From a virus: 64,000 nt of DNA. Of the stretch, positions 50,901-55,430 are shown one piece after another. The DNA is taken from positions 1 through 64,000 of the IMG/VR virus record IMGVR_UViG_3300035670_000089. One strand, given 5' to 3'. Both the position numbers and the translations under genes were made by a program. The notes under the pieces are model-generated. The model searched no databases, was not told where the DNA came from, and saw only the letters and a list, made by a program, of their open reading frames with translations. The stretch's first letter is position 1; every line of letters starts with the position of its first letter.

Positions 50901-50917
50901 TTGGTGCCCAAAACCAT
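29918..50917 (-). CDS. Giant 6999-aa tape-measure-like multi-enzyme virion protein
   Basis: Uninterrupted 21-kb ORF in the morphogenesis module. It has N-terminal PLD motifs (HAK at aa 201 and 373), many Gly/Ala hydrophobic helices and Pro-rich linkers. Further motifs: HEQAH and HEYTH zincin sites, lysozyme-like AVGRYQFIPSTL, M23 HRGVD/HLHFE, RlpA-like DPBB (ASYYG...VRVNDNGP...DLSAGAF), and two PLPDGxY...GIH...GTxGCIG domains. Confidence 0.85.
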   Translation of the reverse strand: MVLGTKVNRTEEGITYSGLSEVTLYSGSKTEEGYSSFLDKVHNKKDRLIGSYYSMSTQSRRLEDRLYRRLNSLAEDPSPENIKSGNFMSVSLGANIEDYGLKGKLNVYSDVTPLNDNYVPTVLAAAGGAVVGYNLGKNRVARAAGLLAGAAAATAASLAIMDTPTLGRMLSGRITERSNIRGVYAGKTYESRTQGDNTHGHAKAAATSRSDEVALISTANLGEAQETKSNTTKQLNFSAVIEDNAVVKQIKQAIQYINKSAQDPKETPPNLPNVIIGGKGGESQQRHKELVQSAKGNLYMTLFAATDKELFKEVVAKSKDPDINKIVIVSNNPAGKTAATSPEIQSDLLMSLVNSSPKIEVRLTDEQANVMLHAKSIFSDVWSYITSHNFSKSSNNFVTEIGVVIRDPNISKAGIKEIERWQAQGITKTLLPTDTPDPDLNTKNKELNERNFPLFSGRQLSSKTTAYDRGLFSTLFRPKYTDKSDMGDTISRETTGTIYLPTSIDDRFFSMFKGERPTPYQDYIYSLTGKTKDDVTEPGDKFRYALYASLDRQLSPGTLRGWGALINEKFPEAYEKDRGLVGTGLTLFGRTLDYLTGYYTMKQLYAAEKGKALEDDPQGLHKSQYESKEKRGFFETLISSSYSTASATTNALLFYFGFSHSLSIFKAELETAGMERVMSSSTNKGFFGWARARQLPMQHRDLFYSLNAVADKFTAKGLIGSNVIDAMLEYSILGKMNDAGAVKEFIDASDNKTALQFVKNLMESGDPADEGVETFRREIDRIGNYAVKKGELDVATTEIAEEVHRIKKQTFGVTDGVMDLESGLYRDPAPNQYGSLNVVNRLRLLDDSNFENVIEPILRSISIVGDVETQLSFENSVKGLREVLSQPIYIRYKSETFSSIEPMNFGKQRLEDIARHLDDISRYIAFNPIYYLPGVRKARGITGTWTPDLVEANQGPLPNQVLSLKGALGPGFQGLIELSSNITLTARRMYEHGLVKTLKESGEILHLGKQLRHQEPAIAAIMSNSDLLSQLADDTASSPALNRIQQVLTEYDDLFSRHQQLSAYRHKGLSNTIKSVHAAAIGRKALASVGAVLAVDRVLDKYLMQNRGQDLISQMLYGINAKDTVKDGSADFSQVQYTGVVPDWLKVPTVLGAGVASGKMFYSLRIDDRLSTFARSDAEFKKLFNDESNKAVVQQLESINTRFTKGRNVTRFSFGMATVGAIASLFVLQGGFNTAAALANVFKKDYGDDGGLKTDEDIVFSTTMSSSIRRTVDKYKKLAKERTGEDVEDQDILNTRYIPKSGLANIALLGLLADRALQADKGKERVGYTWAHQQPNPIFQITLVSKTDPQGNKYAFSAGFQFLPILGMGSIPSYPLSLRINSVTTRAEQVAEKRYQRLYPGGIEDTRDTKELARESRESYLQGNLFDSFTPVFDKDSYFTRSLVFVGAAGVAGNIWQGVQQSGAWAHLSSIPSVKKELEGARSALGYLQLGVEQYEKLARWSQVPQTVMPNLLMRSIGTSTRFYDVKDARFLGPSFRKMTPLLLAAAIGFGAVGKGSEYSSLGSYYEAAGLSNVGSTANPYEALRQANEYRIGAAVGLTTVISTALYSGRVFDSAKSFVDTPPSYGISPFSLRGTQRQMYATYQDEALNLLAKAAHGDSVLRDLDAEKWPELVNRYARGTFNEVEAGKILPGKGKELFQQVDDVLRYAEPKLVRSNAIRMRLAGMSIVRAGALVGLAGLVYNTMFSDSRAEGEGNRFVRGFFEGPLKVFSGTESSSDFKRMSAARRALGYSSPFAPANKENFIPNLLNLFTLGLFGDIRKMTGMYKDNPNPFANIFGAWGMSEGTETWRAYLQAQSPGADISQSKVYMNMESISADDAKVLSAILSTKGEYSDKAVAKIRGATPKKTPSRLYGKTTASEVQALGGSSRELAMAAEVREFYAQHAARQRGSELFIDYFLEMARSGRIENLKVGDVLVEGLKSVDWTKYDLDGIFQYVPGAESQQPGVLDLFLNTFNVGGRFLTTGSFEKPTMDFAGLMESRKQAQRGNIFSYFIEPLKMAYFPKLREYSSTNSKGEVEQKTVPFVGSTVIMTLTTALTFTAVTAATTFSLMTTVSAFAAFGEGGTIRGMEEKVAERIASIQNSNFTIVSSGDNFQVQGRQRQTKGARRLRLGSETLTVSTQNARKIQDQFVDLNSRLSSYVEDLPDRESEFVKQIDTLVESKKKPGVDIGKEVEDLTGRIKRELRDILLDASIDVNDGSTKRLLEFFIDSSSATGIDAAVDDLIEDKFGKLSSLITDEINSTHVTPQNKYNIIQNIAERILDIQDAILNSAIQDEGASHVPQRLPRKKISPREQREIARRLLNNRNASLFSMSTTDRVARVGYLGSLREAATGAFGLLGKAMEVATFYPVYSMVTQAASEKSPMERMRASEAAANMIIETGIGMTLLSFAAKSMFTPAGWVATGAILGGYFLDQKFNEGRITDSITKGVRHLDRHIFKPLANRVLAPIINTLVGVPVLNETLQVLGLPARALDPTITSLYRKFEGTPLAYITNAVLPETSEAWWNRDTKYSKGLITFQGPVPWETNERDISDYIAEKNRERYARAASTQAGLDDELVNPFLQGRINGFGEYTTYQRYFDTKGYAFRVLAPFGPKPYMSQLLTLAALRRNQLGDMLHGRPYRQRINETPFGSIGTAVVGSYVTNKIPQESVGSTSYTLAKVADNTAYAIRETPNVLRDTASTIYGNITAPFKGASIDTSGIMRMGGAIVSTGERIGDAFKGVLSGIGNNRVSRGALTGLITYGVLTAIFSNSLSDRERRKYRQIDPFIWGMSGAASFANSFMGPLTRQIKSGLDVVDTYFANQNIKKFEELSGLTAEELVNINNAQLNDMLKYKGIGRSALPFVFEYLGKGALVGGATFGLMQYGRSLVTSATGMSDEDYTKLSLGVSGATSVTYMGIKGGIRRGYERRMMNYAREAAKAREAGRTFKDLAPERVRIGRASSRMALGAGTGFLKGYFLTGFLYNFLHKDEDQTTEEYRDERRKWQFIGGGAYGATDAIRYGFKFSFRGIVQDARNILNPNYVPVRQNNIIFREVEDLFDPFGLRTVGLPILKGISKGIGGLVSSLANFTFRRGSAPNIPPTSPTTPLPPRPQQSLFHKIWGGVHEFLFGSQPFRNGLTTFLSESLPMAAKKAYDSSAFRPLRSLGRGTINALMSTGVDTALMSFSMWRLNSLGGYSDIQEYRAASRDVAGAAIGASVNLGSLILSGVTRGKINLSWAKQISTTMILQNSVGEFVGNWLGDRMYSERGTRRRSLIGKTISALPGIGDMLMPPSAYADEGTADESQVTTRDVVEFGVFGLAVAGIGYGVTTGAVSGWRYLNEVNKTRDLFMRSPFLKGDSLRFSPASAKTSRLPRLYASRVSPSRLKGTRYSSLYRGVASAGDDLVEEGVKSSVRSTQARVYREAARLTAERMARGGGRQAFSKAARNRMFQKELYRAASREATKEVAGRSLSGQIFRIVTSRAFDAAIAVVAAPFTLHSNSQAAENLRHYKTSPRQEIVDINKRNVTGIFTGLSVVPRIGTALNIIGSFASEVSGGFGQGQRYWQRLQRANITSQAEYVKYADSASKGGLTGALVGAGVGAVIGGLLGGFPGAIVGGIIGGYIGNYLGSVISQEAYLFNKEKNHDELYATIGGHALLAGGLYGAYKLGRSLWNRKLERDLKQTQEKAKTNIKEEMGATPQSPEETKTPVETAEPVEPAKPTPKPTPKPQPPETSAENTQKLNEEAAEERVETAKTILGEPPKPTPKPTPKPTPAPTPKPTPKPTPKPTPKPQTTSSKPSFAPAVLQYRSDQIDKYTSGQYSYEQLTLIEQDLTLRLSKDKRTGRTLSKNERLGIVAERAAVIAAKEQIIPPELKQIEDEAKAKKRQLQNETQQQREAVEAEAARKRAELESKPPTPLTPPTPPTPPTPALSEEEMIEAKYREKQKSSHDKFKDREEEIARKEAELAAKHKELEDLRSGKSPTPTTPTAESPGPVSKPTVESSKPTPPPLPPTKPTPTPPPLPPTKPTPQSKPDAETSKPPSESLRPIDHNLVYAGKAGMLQDLRAGADASRSARIFIESVDDDLLWEDGFDSLREREAKLRQSANETLNTDLVPNTGEVEAKVARELAQADYINERLNALQKSNDIQNLKGEAATQRVDLSNAGVRKQKVGLWDRLWNGPSFYFEERPDMVFRGDSFMQEEEIRFANEQIERMFPHEKAPTLEIVRDPKSTYKGYYDPRRHVVSVNLARGDTSLDILDTLVHEQAHAYNTRYTSKTDFFDSAKEYVSFLKETLLTNKLRSDFIEVSLESKQRRQYVYRGALSSSHHYAVGVLGVQTVEGTNYTRPNQDVVSQINKLAERAETGQLSIEDDRLFRKLTGGFIDELSAYNAAAEVYEEFPVNSVGKGLHTHEAPDKGFEAAYNRMMKAAGFDVQVEMGFKPPQRKKAPGGFVRVQKQSKAAGRRERWSNVRRGTAQGIDIQGLILDTIIDKTKGAADKAVSGVKTVASNLGRGVWEGSGKLETWGSKLDTRFGNVGVGGQAGFFGRFGQGLRAEFSMRGIVEGTFGVGKTDTGKFGLKGKGGAMALLGTGLQLADDILSGKSAGETATNFGMSILGGLAFGAAMAGLGAMAASSAAAIATLGTLGSVALMAYGIYSLTNQALDVGGKAYEKWWLKRKRTAEEQKDWEEQKQMLSMGFGVGTAMYVGSLAVLRSTEAEKRNSFTSRKVVEQSGLRVQTQRGRTLSSVGGGVSGVGSGVTSGALGDKTIYTPANDPALQLLSGVLSKETSLQKETKVKLPSKVNKLEKEEKSSKDKEKVNKAAQDAKKQKSTFAEEYKLYEDKLKGEKGPWRSILDFFGLAWKAVTGASRFIYEAKTKLFKGVADRIAGGMQAAFRAGNDFMGLIQGDVRGTFADILNMISAGEGDWGSFNRGKAGDSMNSSWESVFGKRVQETTLAEIMEAQSKGKVFAVGRYQFIPSTLAGAVKNTGIDPNTPFNEDTQMRLAVSLLQWKRPAIWKYITGQSDDIVAAQKALALEWASIEYGKSGRGAYDSVGGNRHSTSYEKSIEALIATRQRYAESGGNFVFDKGGMWSEASPDGVQVKGATQVKASDINSGYGMRVHPISGKRKMHRGVDVASVGGKGVDGMFISFTKDTVVTKVGYQEGGAGYWAELDAGNGMKFRVMHMRGQAFLKVGSTLKAGSAIGQVGSTGGSTGPHLHFETIINGAHTDSRPYVGFVLLGGKPNVEVKQPQTPPPAPKNTAKGGSQSQRMAEQTSVSTSRGAVGGLVSNGSAYKTPMKTIHGGGGDPYHIDFKIYGGVSDEQRVALMDAVARGYEAEGRRIEFSNRAVGGVVYRSTDSFKEKLRKIRAAQVAHRGHSSRFAMDFYVPIKGKARYTGKAKTSSTDGGANVNYIIPVIPGGYFTVGKQGRSGQQIIGYNAKGEAVYEFFHGAGMQPGTYRFQDAAPASQQSRPKEAFAPNIPVTPIPSPPGKSTPPQSQPKQQKSSGPAWIKTDKRASYYGRGDGFAGKGTATGEKMDPTAMTVAAKLVNGRPMFPYGTMIEIRNDDNGKSVVVRVNDNGPLTPRRMFDLSAGAFEKIAPIEQGEIRNMSYRVLSTPQSKKQKQQRSKPQQPKQQQRTNSRQTSQTQTRRYDQRLDLDTKLFPSLVTLVPTNRKTQHGSPIYSLQMWKNGKLVGAVDAVSGRPEHQRGNRDVAGSHRPLPDGSYTLARTPFRSNEKDVGGLFLPITPNFPTSRSALGIHWDDGKPGTEGCIGIVERANRDKVYKFIKDNKVPVIIVDLEKNTSSKQSTLPEEKRDNKYVNAPSPEPKALARAQTDGGVLVASAGVSDMGMPILIADARTPKTKKQKQVPIPFLRQVTGAALEELVFSREGVSSKSLDKLEKRLNKLYNTPGLELKYELINSAGTYSSYYNEIVINPRVNHTADIPETINTVVHEYTHAQNYQRSKKLTKIQDPRKYAEAVAKEYNVKTLMDVLTDPERQNAVSSAILSTLSSVQGMYGKESIPEATKFIEMLADIRVKDHLKTKALMDFSAESSRYVFERFLDEVSASAMGTHASKTVGGKPENYGLTEDERKFTFAVFRLFREYDYDVVHKLFKGQEPRVRESSDRGVLRRIAENIPGLDIFFPPPALGAEFSPQEVERELGKAKRTFDRNKSRKDNVVRKVTSTTEIPEAVYNGETLLASNKLENLIYTQGRDAYARDRQQKRQRDESTKRKHRRVSPVDFDALLNRSSYENLLMQGEILFREIGEGLVRPKAFQNKVPPKNQTGFLRLVRTGDQIREGKYAGFYPLALEMWEGDKLVGSVPAVSGVVGTQTDTTKQRHVAGKLAPLPDGNYIVGQSFMSTDPVVMGIFIPILFKGNTQRSALGIHTDEGRGAGTAGCIGVIEKAHTKLVDEFIKKNKITKLEVQILQEKPKRNQKSKLKAEERGEYLMASAGVSDMPVQMVPNSQELSAVMSTPKPRIVAQWDPQDIYTDSTAIPDPNSVYNTKLPVQLDPRYKIKTPVWGQPGHRPEIGSGPPQGPVWGQAGSRPEQKSGPVWGQAGSRPPNKEGGWTGKPPADWKSPGGYTGKPPADWKSPGGYTGKPPADWKSPGGYTGKPPEGWKSPGGYTGKAPADWKSPGGYTGQTPDGWIHTGPDDPVRGVPNAIEPSDGPKPRVEDFSILETDRDNPSTTQWGIHTPGSSSKEKPNNVNKPVEPLWRDRDTNTPRNVNNRTPLWGEGNPVKERKEKSPTYTKPPLWQSGTTSRSRSPIVNELVGVLTDVLWGSKEKSGYEVKPKDYEGIDIQREAEKVKTEIERRIRIIVTEAKLPAEYVKVILNAQQFVDKVKKNIQKRVEESKGPKGKLTVPPPSDAGNASNYPSADPNNIPYVQTEYKRTADVITDKDESGVEQTSIRINRVDDEAAALYQKAQGGFAPIMWEMGVMETSMSSADASTSHNKDQWGRFQPQEF
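30866..31117 (-). repeat. 42-nt tandem repeat, ~6 copies (GGYTGKPPADWKSP)
   Basis: Read from the translation and DNA; preceded by three PVWGQ units. Confidence 0.92.
38690..39680 (-). repeat. Pro/Thr/Lys-rich repeats (PKPT, PPT, PTPPPLPPTK)
   Basis: 12-nt and 9-nt tandem units, e.g. at ~39434-39530 and ~39022-39070. Confidence 0.85.
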
Positions 50918-50931
50918 ATACTGTCACCCCT

Positions 50932-51558
50932 CTAATACCGGATACGAGTTACGCCCTCTAAGTTATCTAACTTATACTCCACCAAACGGTCTAAGGTTGC
51001 GGCGGGTTGATAATTCACACTTATCGTTGTCCCTACCGCGGGGGTACTGAGCCACGTTACTCTATTCCACTCCGAGATAAAATCACTGGCGGGCGAGACA
51101 TTATTTACCTGCCATACAAATATCGGGAGCGTTAAATACTGCTGCTCCTCTTCCACTACAAACGTATAGTTAAGAATCTTAGGGATAGGGGGGACTAACC
51201 AATGTTGGGTATCAATAGGGATCTGACTCCCTTGGCGGAAGTACTCCACAATATACCTCCCCTTCGGATAGTATAAATCCGAGGGTACTAACTGATAACG
51301 GAAGACTCCGTTCTCCGGTAATTTAATGGTGACCGAGTCCGAGAGGTGTTGTTGTAGACCCCGTTGACTGCTCCGCGGCGGCGTAATCCGCATAAAGTAC
51401 TTTGGTTTATACTGCCCTCTTCTCTTATGATTTACATCCTGCTCTTCTGAATCCCTTAAAGCACTACGAAAATCAATGGCTACCGGCGTATACTTCTGCA
51501 TTAAAGTATTCGCGCCTAAAGTATAACCAGAATAAAAGGGGTCTAAGTAATAAGTCAT
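50932..51558 (-). CDS. Hypothetical protein, probably structural
   Basis: Lies between the terminase and the giant gene; beta-rich. Confidence 0.6.
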   Translation of the reverse strand: MTYYLDPFYSGYTLGANTLMQKYTPVAIDFRSALRDSEEQDVNHKRRGQYKPKYFMRITPPRSSQRGLQQHLSDSVTIKLPENGVFRYQLVPSDLYYPKGRYIVEYFRQGSQIPIDTQHWLVPPIPKILNYTFVVEEEQQYLTLPIFVWQVNNVSPASDFISEWNRVTWLSTPAVGTTISVNYQPAATLDRLVEYKLDNLEGVTRIRY

Positions 51559-51610
51559 CGCCGGAAATAGGAGTATAAAACCTCTATCTCCAGCTTACTC
51601 TCGCGCTCCT

Positions 51611-54559
51611 TCAATATTGGTCAAAGGGATGCACCGCTACTCCCATATCTGAGTTCCCCCAACCGGATTTAGAGTAATTCGTGCGGACACTCCTTACAAA
51701 TTCTTTCCTATCTACAGAGAACCCCTCAACAACACTATCCTTATCGTCTCTAAGACTCTTCTTCCCTTTCTTAAAGGTTAAGGATTGCCCTGATGTAACC
51801 GAACTGGACTTCGCAAGTTCATTCCCTATTAACTGCCAAGTCACCGCGGCTATGCAGTCTGCGATATCCTTACTGTTATGGACGAAAACTCCCGCGCTAA
51901 GGGCAAAATTATCCCATTCATCAACTTCTAAATCGTAAACAGGTACGGCAGTCTCCAATATTACGGGTATAACAGCCCGTACCTTATGGTTATTTCCCTT
52001 TCCTCTATATCTAAAATCTTCCCAACCTTTGTACCCTTGTGAAGCTACACAACGAATTACTGCGTCTTTAGTGCATTTCAAAGTATTGCATACGTCCATA
52101 AGCCGCTTATTACGGTTTTCAAAGGCTTGTACCACTTCCTCAAATGTCACAACACTACGTTGGTTGTCATCCTTAAGGCTATAGGCGTCCCCAGCAGTAA
52201 ATTTGAGATGAAAATATTCTTTCTCGAAACTCTCCCAGGAATCAAATCCGCAATCTCTTAAAAGACGTATCACCAAATTCCTCGATAAATCTAAATAAGT
52301 CGCGGCCTGATGCGCATTAGAGCACCCTACCTTAAGAGCCTCGTATAAAACCGACGTGTCCACATCTCTTCTAAAAAGACCTGTTTTCCTCGCTCTCTCT
52401 AAATACCACTCGGAAGAGCGGCTTCGCATAGACTCAGATCTTTTTCTTCTTGTAGATTCTTTTTTATTAAAAGCAATAGTGCCCTCGGAAAGTTTATGTC
52501 TATACGTAGGATCTTTTTTGTGAGCCTCAGCCGTATGGTAAGAAGTGTGTTGCGATCTTGGTATGACTTCTAAATTCTCCGGGCGGTTATCCGTCTTAAC
52601 GTGATTTTTGTGGTGGACTATCTCACTATCTTCTAGTTCAGGATAACCAAGAGCCATACGATGAGTCCAAATAAACTCTCCGATACTTTTGACTTTTTCG
52701 TAACCTCCGCCTATAGGCCAGGATAAATGTAAAGGCATAAGTCTAGTAACCCCTGGAATAATATCCGCCGCCTTTATATAACTACCGGTTCTGGTCATGA
52801 AAGGATGATCCGGAGTACACCGAATAACTGCCCCATTATCCAAAACAACATCTACTAACTCTTTAACTTCTTTAGTCTTACGCCCTCTAGCCAGACCCGG
52901 GACAACCGTCCCATCAGGTTTACAACTATAAACCCACACTTCTTTACCTTCTAACTCAGCTATAGTAGGGCGAGTACCATCTAATAAAGGAATCCGTGTA
53001 TCCCCCGTGAAACAACCTCCGGGCCTATGGTCGATTTTCACATTCCGGATTAACTCTAAGTTTAGTAGTTCATCCTTTAGTAGATTCGTCCAAGGGGAGT
53101 TCTTCGGTAGATATAATCTATCCTCGTGGAGGAGTTTACGTACAGCGTCATACATCGCCAACTGTTTATTGTTCGCGAAATGTATAGTCTCCGTAGGTAT
53201 CCCGCTGGACTTCAACCGCTGCAAAGTCTCCGCAGATTCCTTTTGGTCCGCGGTTACCTTCGATAAGGGCTGTCTAGCATGTATCTGATAAATACACTGT
53301 TGGACGTTCACAATAGATACCGTAGCGCCATCCACAGGTATCCACGCCATAATCCCATCTATAATGACGCAGTCCTTACCGTCGATATTCTCTAAATGTC
53401 CGTAGGCTAAAGCATATGCGTCCCTGGTGATAGCGGGGTCCAAGTGCATAACCGTATACCCGCGATATACCGGTAAATCTTCTACATTAAGCCGGATTAA
53501 TCGGTCTTCTTGTACTGGTAGTTCCGTTACTCTAAGGAGAGACATCTTACGGAATGCTCTCTTAACCTCTCTCTCTTCTAAGAAGGCGTTCTCGTTTGCC
53601 TGGCGGATTCCTTCGTATAACAACTCCGCTTTCTTGCGGTTAGATATATACATAGAATCCACAACTGGATTATTGCGACTTGCATGGATTGGGTTTACCA
53701 TCCAAGACTTCAAGCGGAAGCCAATCCAACCTGAACTCTGAGTAGAATCCTCGTACAGTTTTACAAGGGCGTCCCCTTCACACCTGGCGGAGGAGATAAT
53801 AACCCGTTTAGCATCACTCGCAAAAGGTAAGCCCCCCGCGCCTAAATCATCCCAAAGGTTCAGGGCGTTAGATTCTCCATTCTTATCGTCGAACATCGCC
53901 CCTTCATCCAAAATAATCAGGATAGGACTACCCCCTACCTGAGTCTCAGACTTAGAGTTACCGGAGTATATATACAACAGCTTCTCGTCATACCGTATCA
54001 TCTTTTCCTGGGCGTCTATTTTACCGGCATCGATAAGCCGCCTCAAGAAGAAGACATTCTGCATCATCGCCTTCGCTTGACCGTAAATAGTCTTACTAGC
54101 TTGTTCAGCAGAAGGAGCAACGCAGATAATCGAGATTAGAGTCGAAGACGCGATTCCATAATTCAACTGTGGAGAATCCATCCGCGCCAAGAGTTCAAAC
54201 TCATAATTAATGATAAGAGACCCCATTAGGGATTTTCCACTACGCCGCCCCGCCTCTAAAACTAAGTTCTGTCTCTTTATTGGACCGTAATCAAAATCGT
54301 AGGTAGTCCTATCCAGGGTCTTCCAGTACTCCAAGATAGAATATTCCTGGTCTGTGAGTTCTACACCGTAGTAGGTCTTTAAGATAAGACGTTGCTGCGG
54401 AGTAAGCTCAATACCCAACGTCTCCTTGTCGACACCCCCGTTGTCGTACCAGTCGATAATGTCGGAGTACTCTACTCCACTGGCGAACTTAGACTCTAAA
54501 TTAGAGACAAACCCGCCAAAGAAATCGCTTACATCAAAAGCCCCTTTAGATATACTCAT
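51611..54559 (-). CDS. terL: Terminase large subunit, intein-containing
   Basis: LTPQQ, Walker A EAGRRSGKS, APSAEQA, Walker B IILDEGA, IISS; nuclease HLDPA...D and IDHRPGG/SKDIAD. Confidence 0.92.
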   Translation of the reverse strand: MSISKGAFDVSDFFGGFVSNLESKFASGVEYSDIIDWYDNGGVDKETLGIELTPQQRLILKTYYGVELTDQEYSILEYWKTLDRTTYDFDYGPIKRQNLVLEAGRRSGKSLMGSLIINYEFELLARMDSPQLNYGIASSTLISIICVAPSAEQASKTIYGQAKAMMQNVFFLRRLIDAGKIDAQEKMIRYDEKLLYIYSGNSKSETQVGGSPILIILDEGAMFDDKNGESNALNLWDDLGAGGLPFASDAKRVIISSARCEGDALVKLYEDSTQSSGWIGFRLKSWMVNPIHASRNNPVVDSMYISNRKKAELLYEGIRQANENAFLEEREVKRAFRKMSLLRVTELPVQEDRLIRLNVEDLPVYRGYTVMHLDPAITRDAYALAYGHLENIDGKDCVIIDGIMAWIPVDGATVSIVNVQQCIYQIHARQPLSKVTADQKESAETLQRLKSSGIPTETIHFANNKQLAMYDAVRKLLHEDRLYLPKNSPWTNLLKDELLNLELIRNVKIDHRPGGCFTGDTRIPLLDGTRPTIAELEGKEVWVYSCKPDGTVVPGLARGRKTKEVKELVDVVLDNGAVIRCTPDHPFMTRTGSYIKAADIIPGVTRLMPLHLSWPIGGGYEKVKSIGEFIWTHRMALGYPELEDSEIVHHKNHVKTDNRPENLEVIPRSQHTSYHTAEAHKKDPTYRHKLSEGTIAFNKKESTRRKRSESMRSRSSEWYLERARKTGLFRRDVDTSVLYEALKVGCSNAHQAATYLDLSRNLVIRLLRDCGFDSWESFEKEYFHLKFTAGDAYSLKDDNQRSVVTFEEVVQAFENRNKRLMDVCNTLKCTKDAVIRCVASQGYKGWEDFRYRGKGNNHKVRAVIPVILETAVPVYDLEVDEWDNFALSAGVFVHNSKDIADCIAAVTWQLIGNELAKSSSVTSGQSLTFKKGKKSLRDDKDSVVEGFSVDRKEFVRSVRTNYSKSGWGNSDMGVAVHPFDQY
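51875..53014 (-). mobile_element. Intein (380 aa) with HNH endonuclease in TerL
   Basis: Starts CFTGDTRI; CTPDHPF; HNH segment WTHRMA...VHHKNHVKTDNRPENLEVI...H...H; ends VYDLEV...FVHN followed by Ser+1. Confidence 0.93.
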
Positions 54560-54563
54560 CTAC

Positions 54564-55430
54564 TTAAACCAATTTATTGAAGAGTAAGGTCAGATGAAGA
54601 ATGGTCTGAGTAGGCACCGCCGCCGCTAATTCCAACGCCACAAAAGAACCCTTCGGTATCGGCTTCACAGGTTTATCCACCGGGTATACCCCAACCTCTT
54701 CCATTAATACATTTGTGGGGATAATGCTGATATGTTTACGAAGACCTTCAGTGAATACCGTATTGGGTAGATATTCTGTCCAAGTACTCGTATCCAGAAA
54801 GTCATGCCCATCCTCATCTTCGTTGTAATAAATTATTCTCCCTGTAATATCTTCAGTATACTCATTGTAAGAGTACACATCAACTAACCAGAAAGGTAAG
54901 TGTGTAAAAGGGAGGAGGGGGTAGAGAAGGCGGGTGGGGGATATAGAGAGATGTTCAATATGGGAAGCGGCGGCTAGGGCTCTAAGTTGTAGTTGAGATA
55001 TAAAGCCCGGGAAGCCGAAACCTTCTCTCTGTTGGAACTCTTCGTTTTGGATAGGGATACCAAAAGATATAATCTGGGAGTCCTCGGTGGTATTCACGCC
55101 GAATAGAATTTTATTATCTACATCGGCGCGGGGGGCTTTGTAGAAGAGAAGAGTATTCTCAAGAGTTTTAGAGGCAGAACGAGTAACGCGGATTTCAGAG
55201 CCGGAGATATAGTCAACCACCGCCGCGCCTTCATCGTAAAAGATTTCTTCGCCTACCTCATCGTAGATATAGACTTCGTCCCCTATACGGATATCGTAGA
55301 ATCTAAAATCCGGGATAGTCGCGCGGATATGTTCGTGATTATTATATTTAGTTAACCATTGATAGATATCATCGCCAGTATTATCGAAGACGCCCCGGGG
55401 GATATACACCTTAGGTATTACGGTGTCCAT
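54564..55430 (-). CDS. Hypothetical protein (tail/baseplate module)
   Basis: Overlaps the upstream gene; operon context. Confidence 0.6.
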   Translation of the reverse strand: MDTVIPKVYIPRGVFDNTGDDIYQWLTKYNNHEHIRATIPDFRFYDIRIGDEVYIYDEVGEEIFYDEGAAVVDYISGSEIRVTRSASKTLENTLLFYKAPRADVDNKILFGVNTTEDSQIISFGIPIQNEEFQQREGFGFPGFISQLQLRALAAASHIEHLSISPTRLLYPLLPFTHLPFWLVDVYSYNEYTEDITGRIIYYNEDEDGHDFLDTSTWTEYLPNTVFTEGLRKHISIIPTNVLMEEVGVYPVDKPVKPIPKGSFVALELAAAVPTQTILHLTLLFNKLV

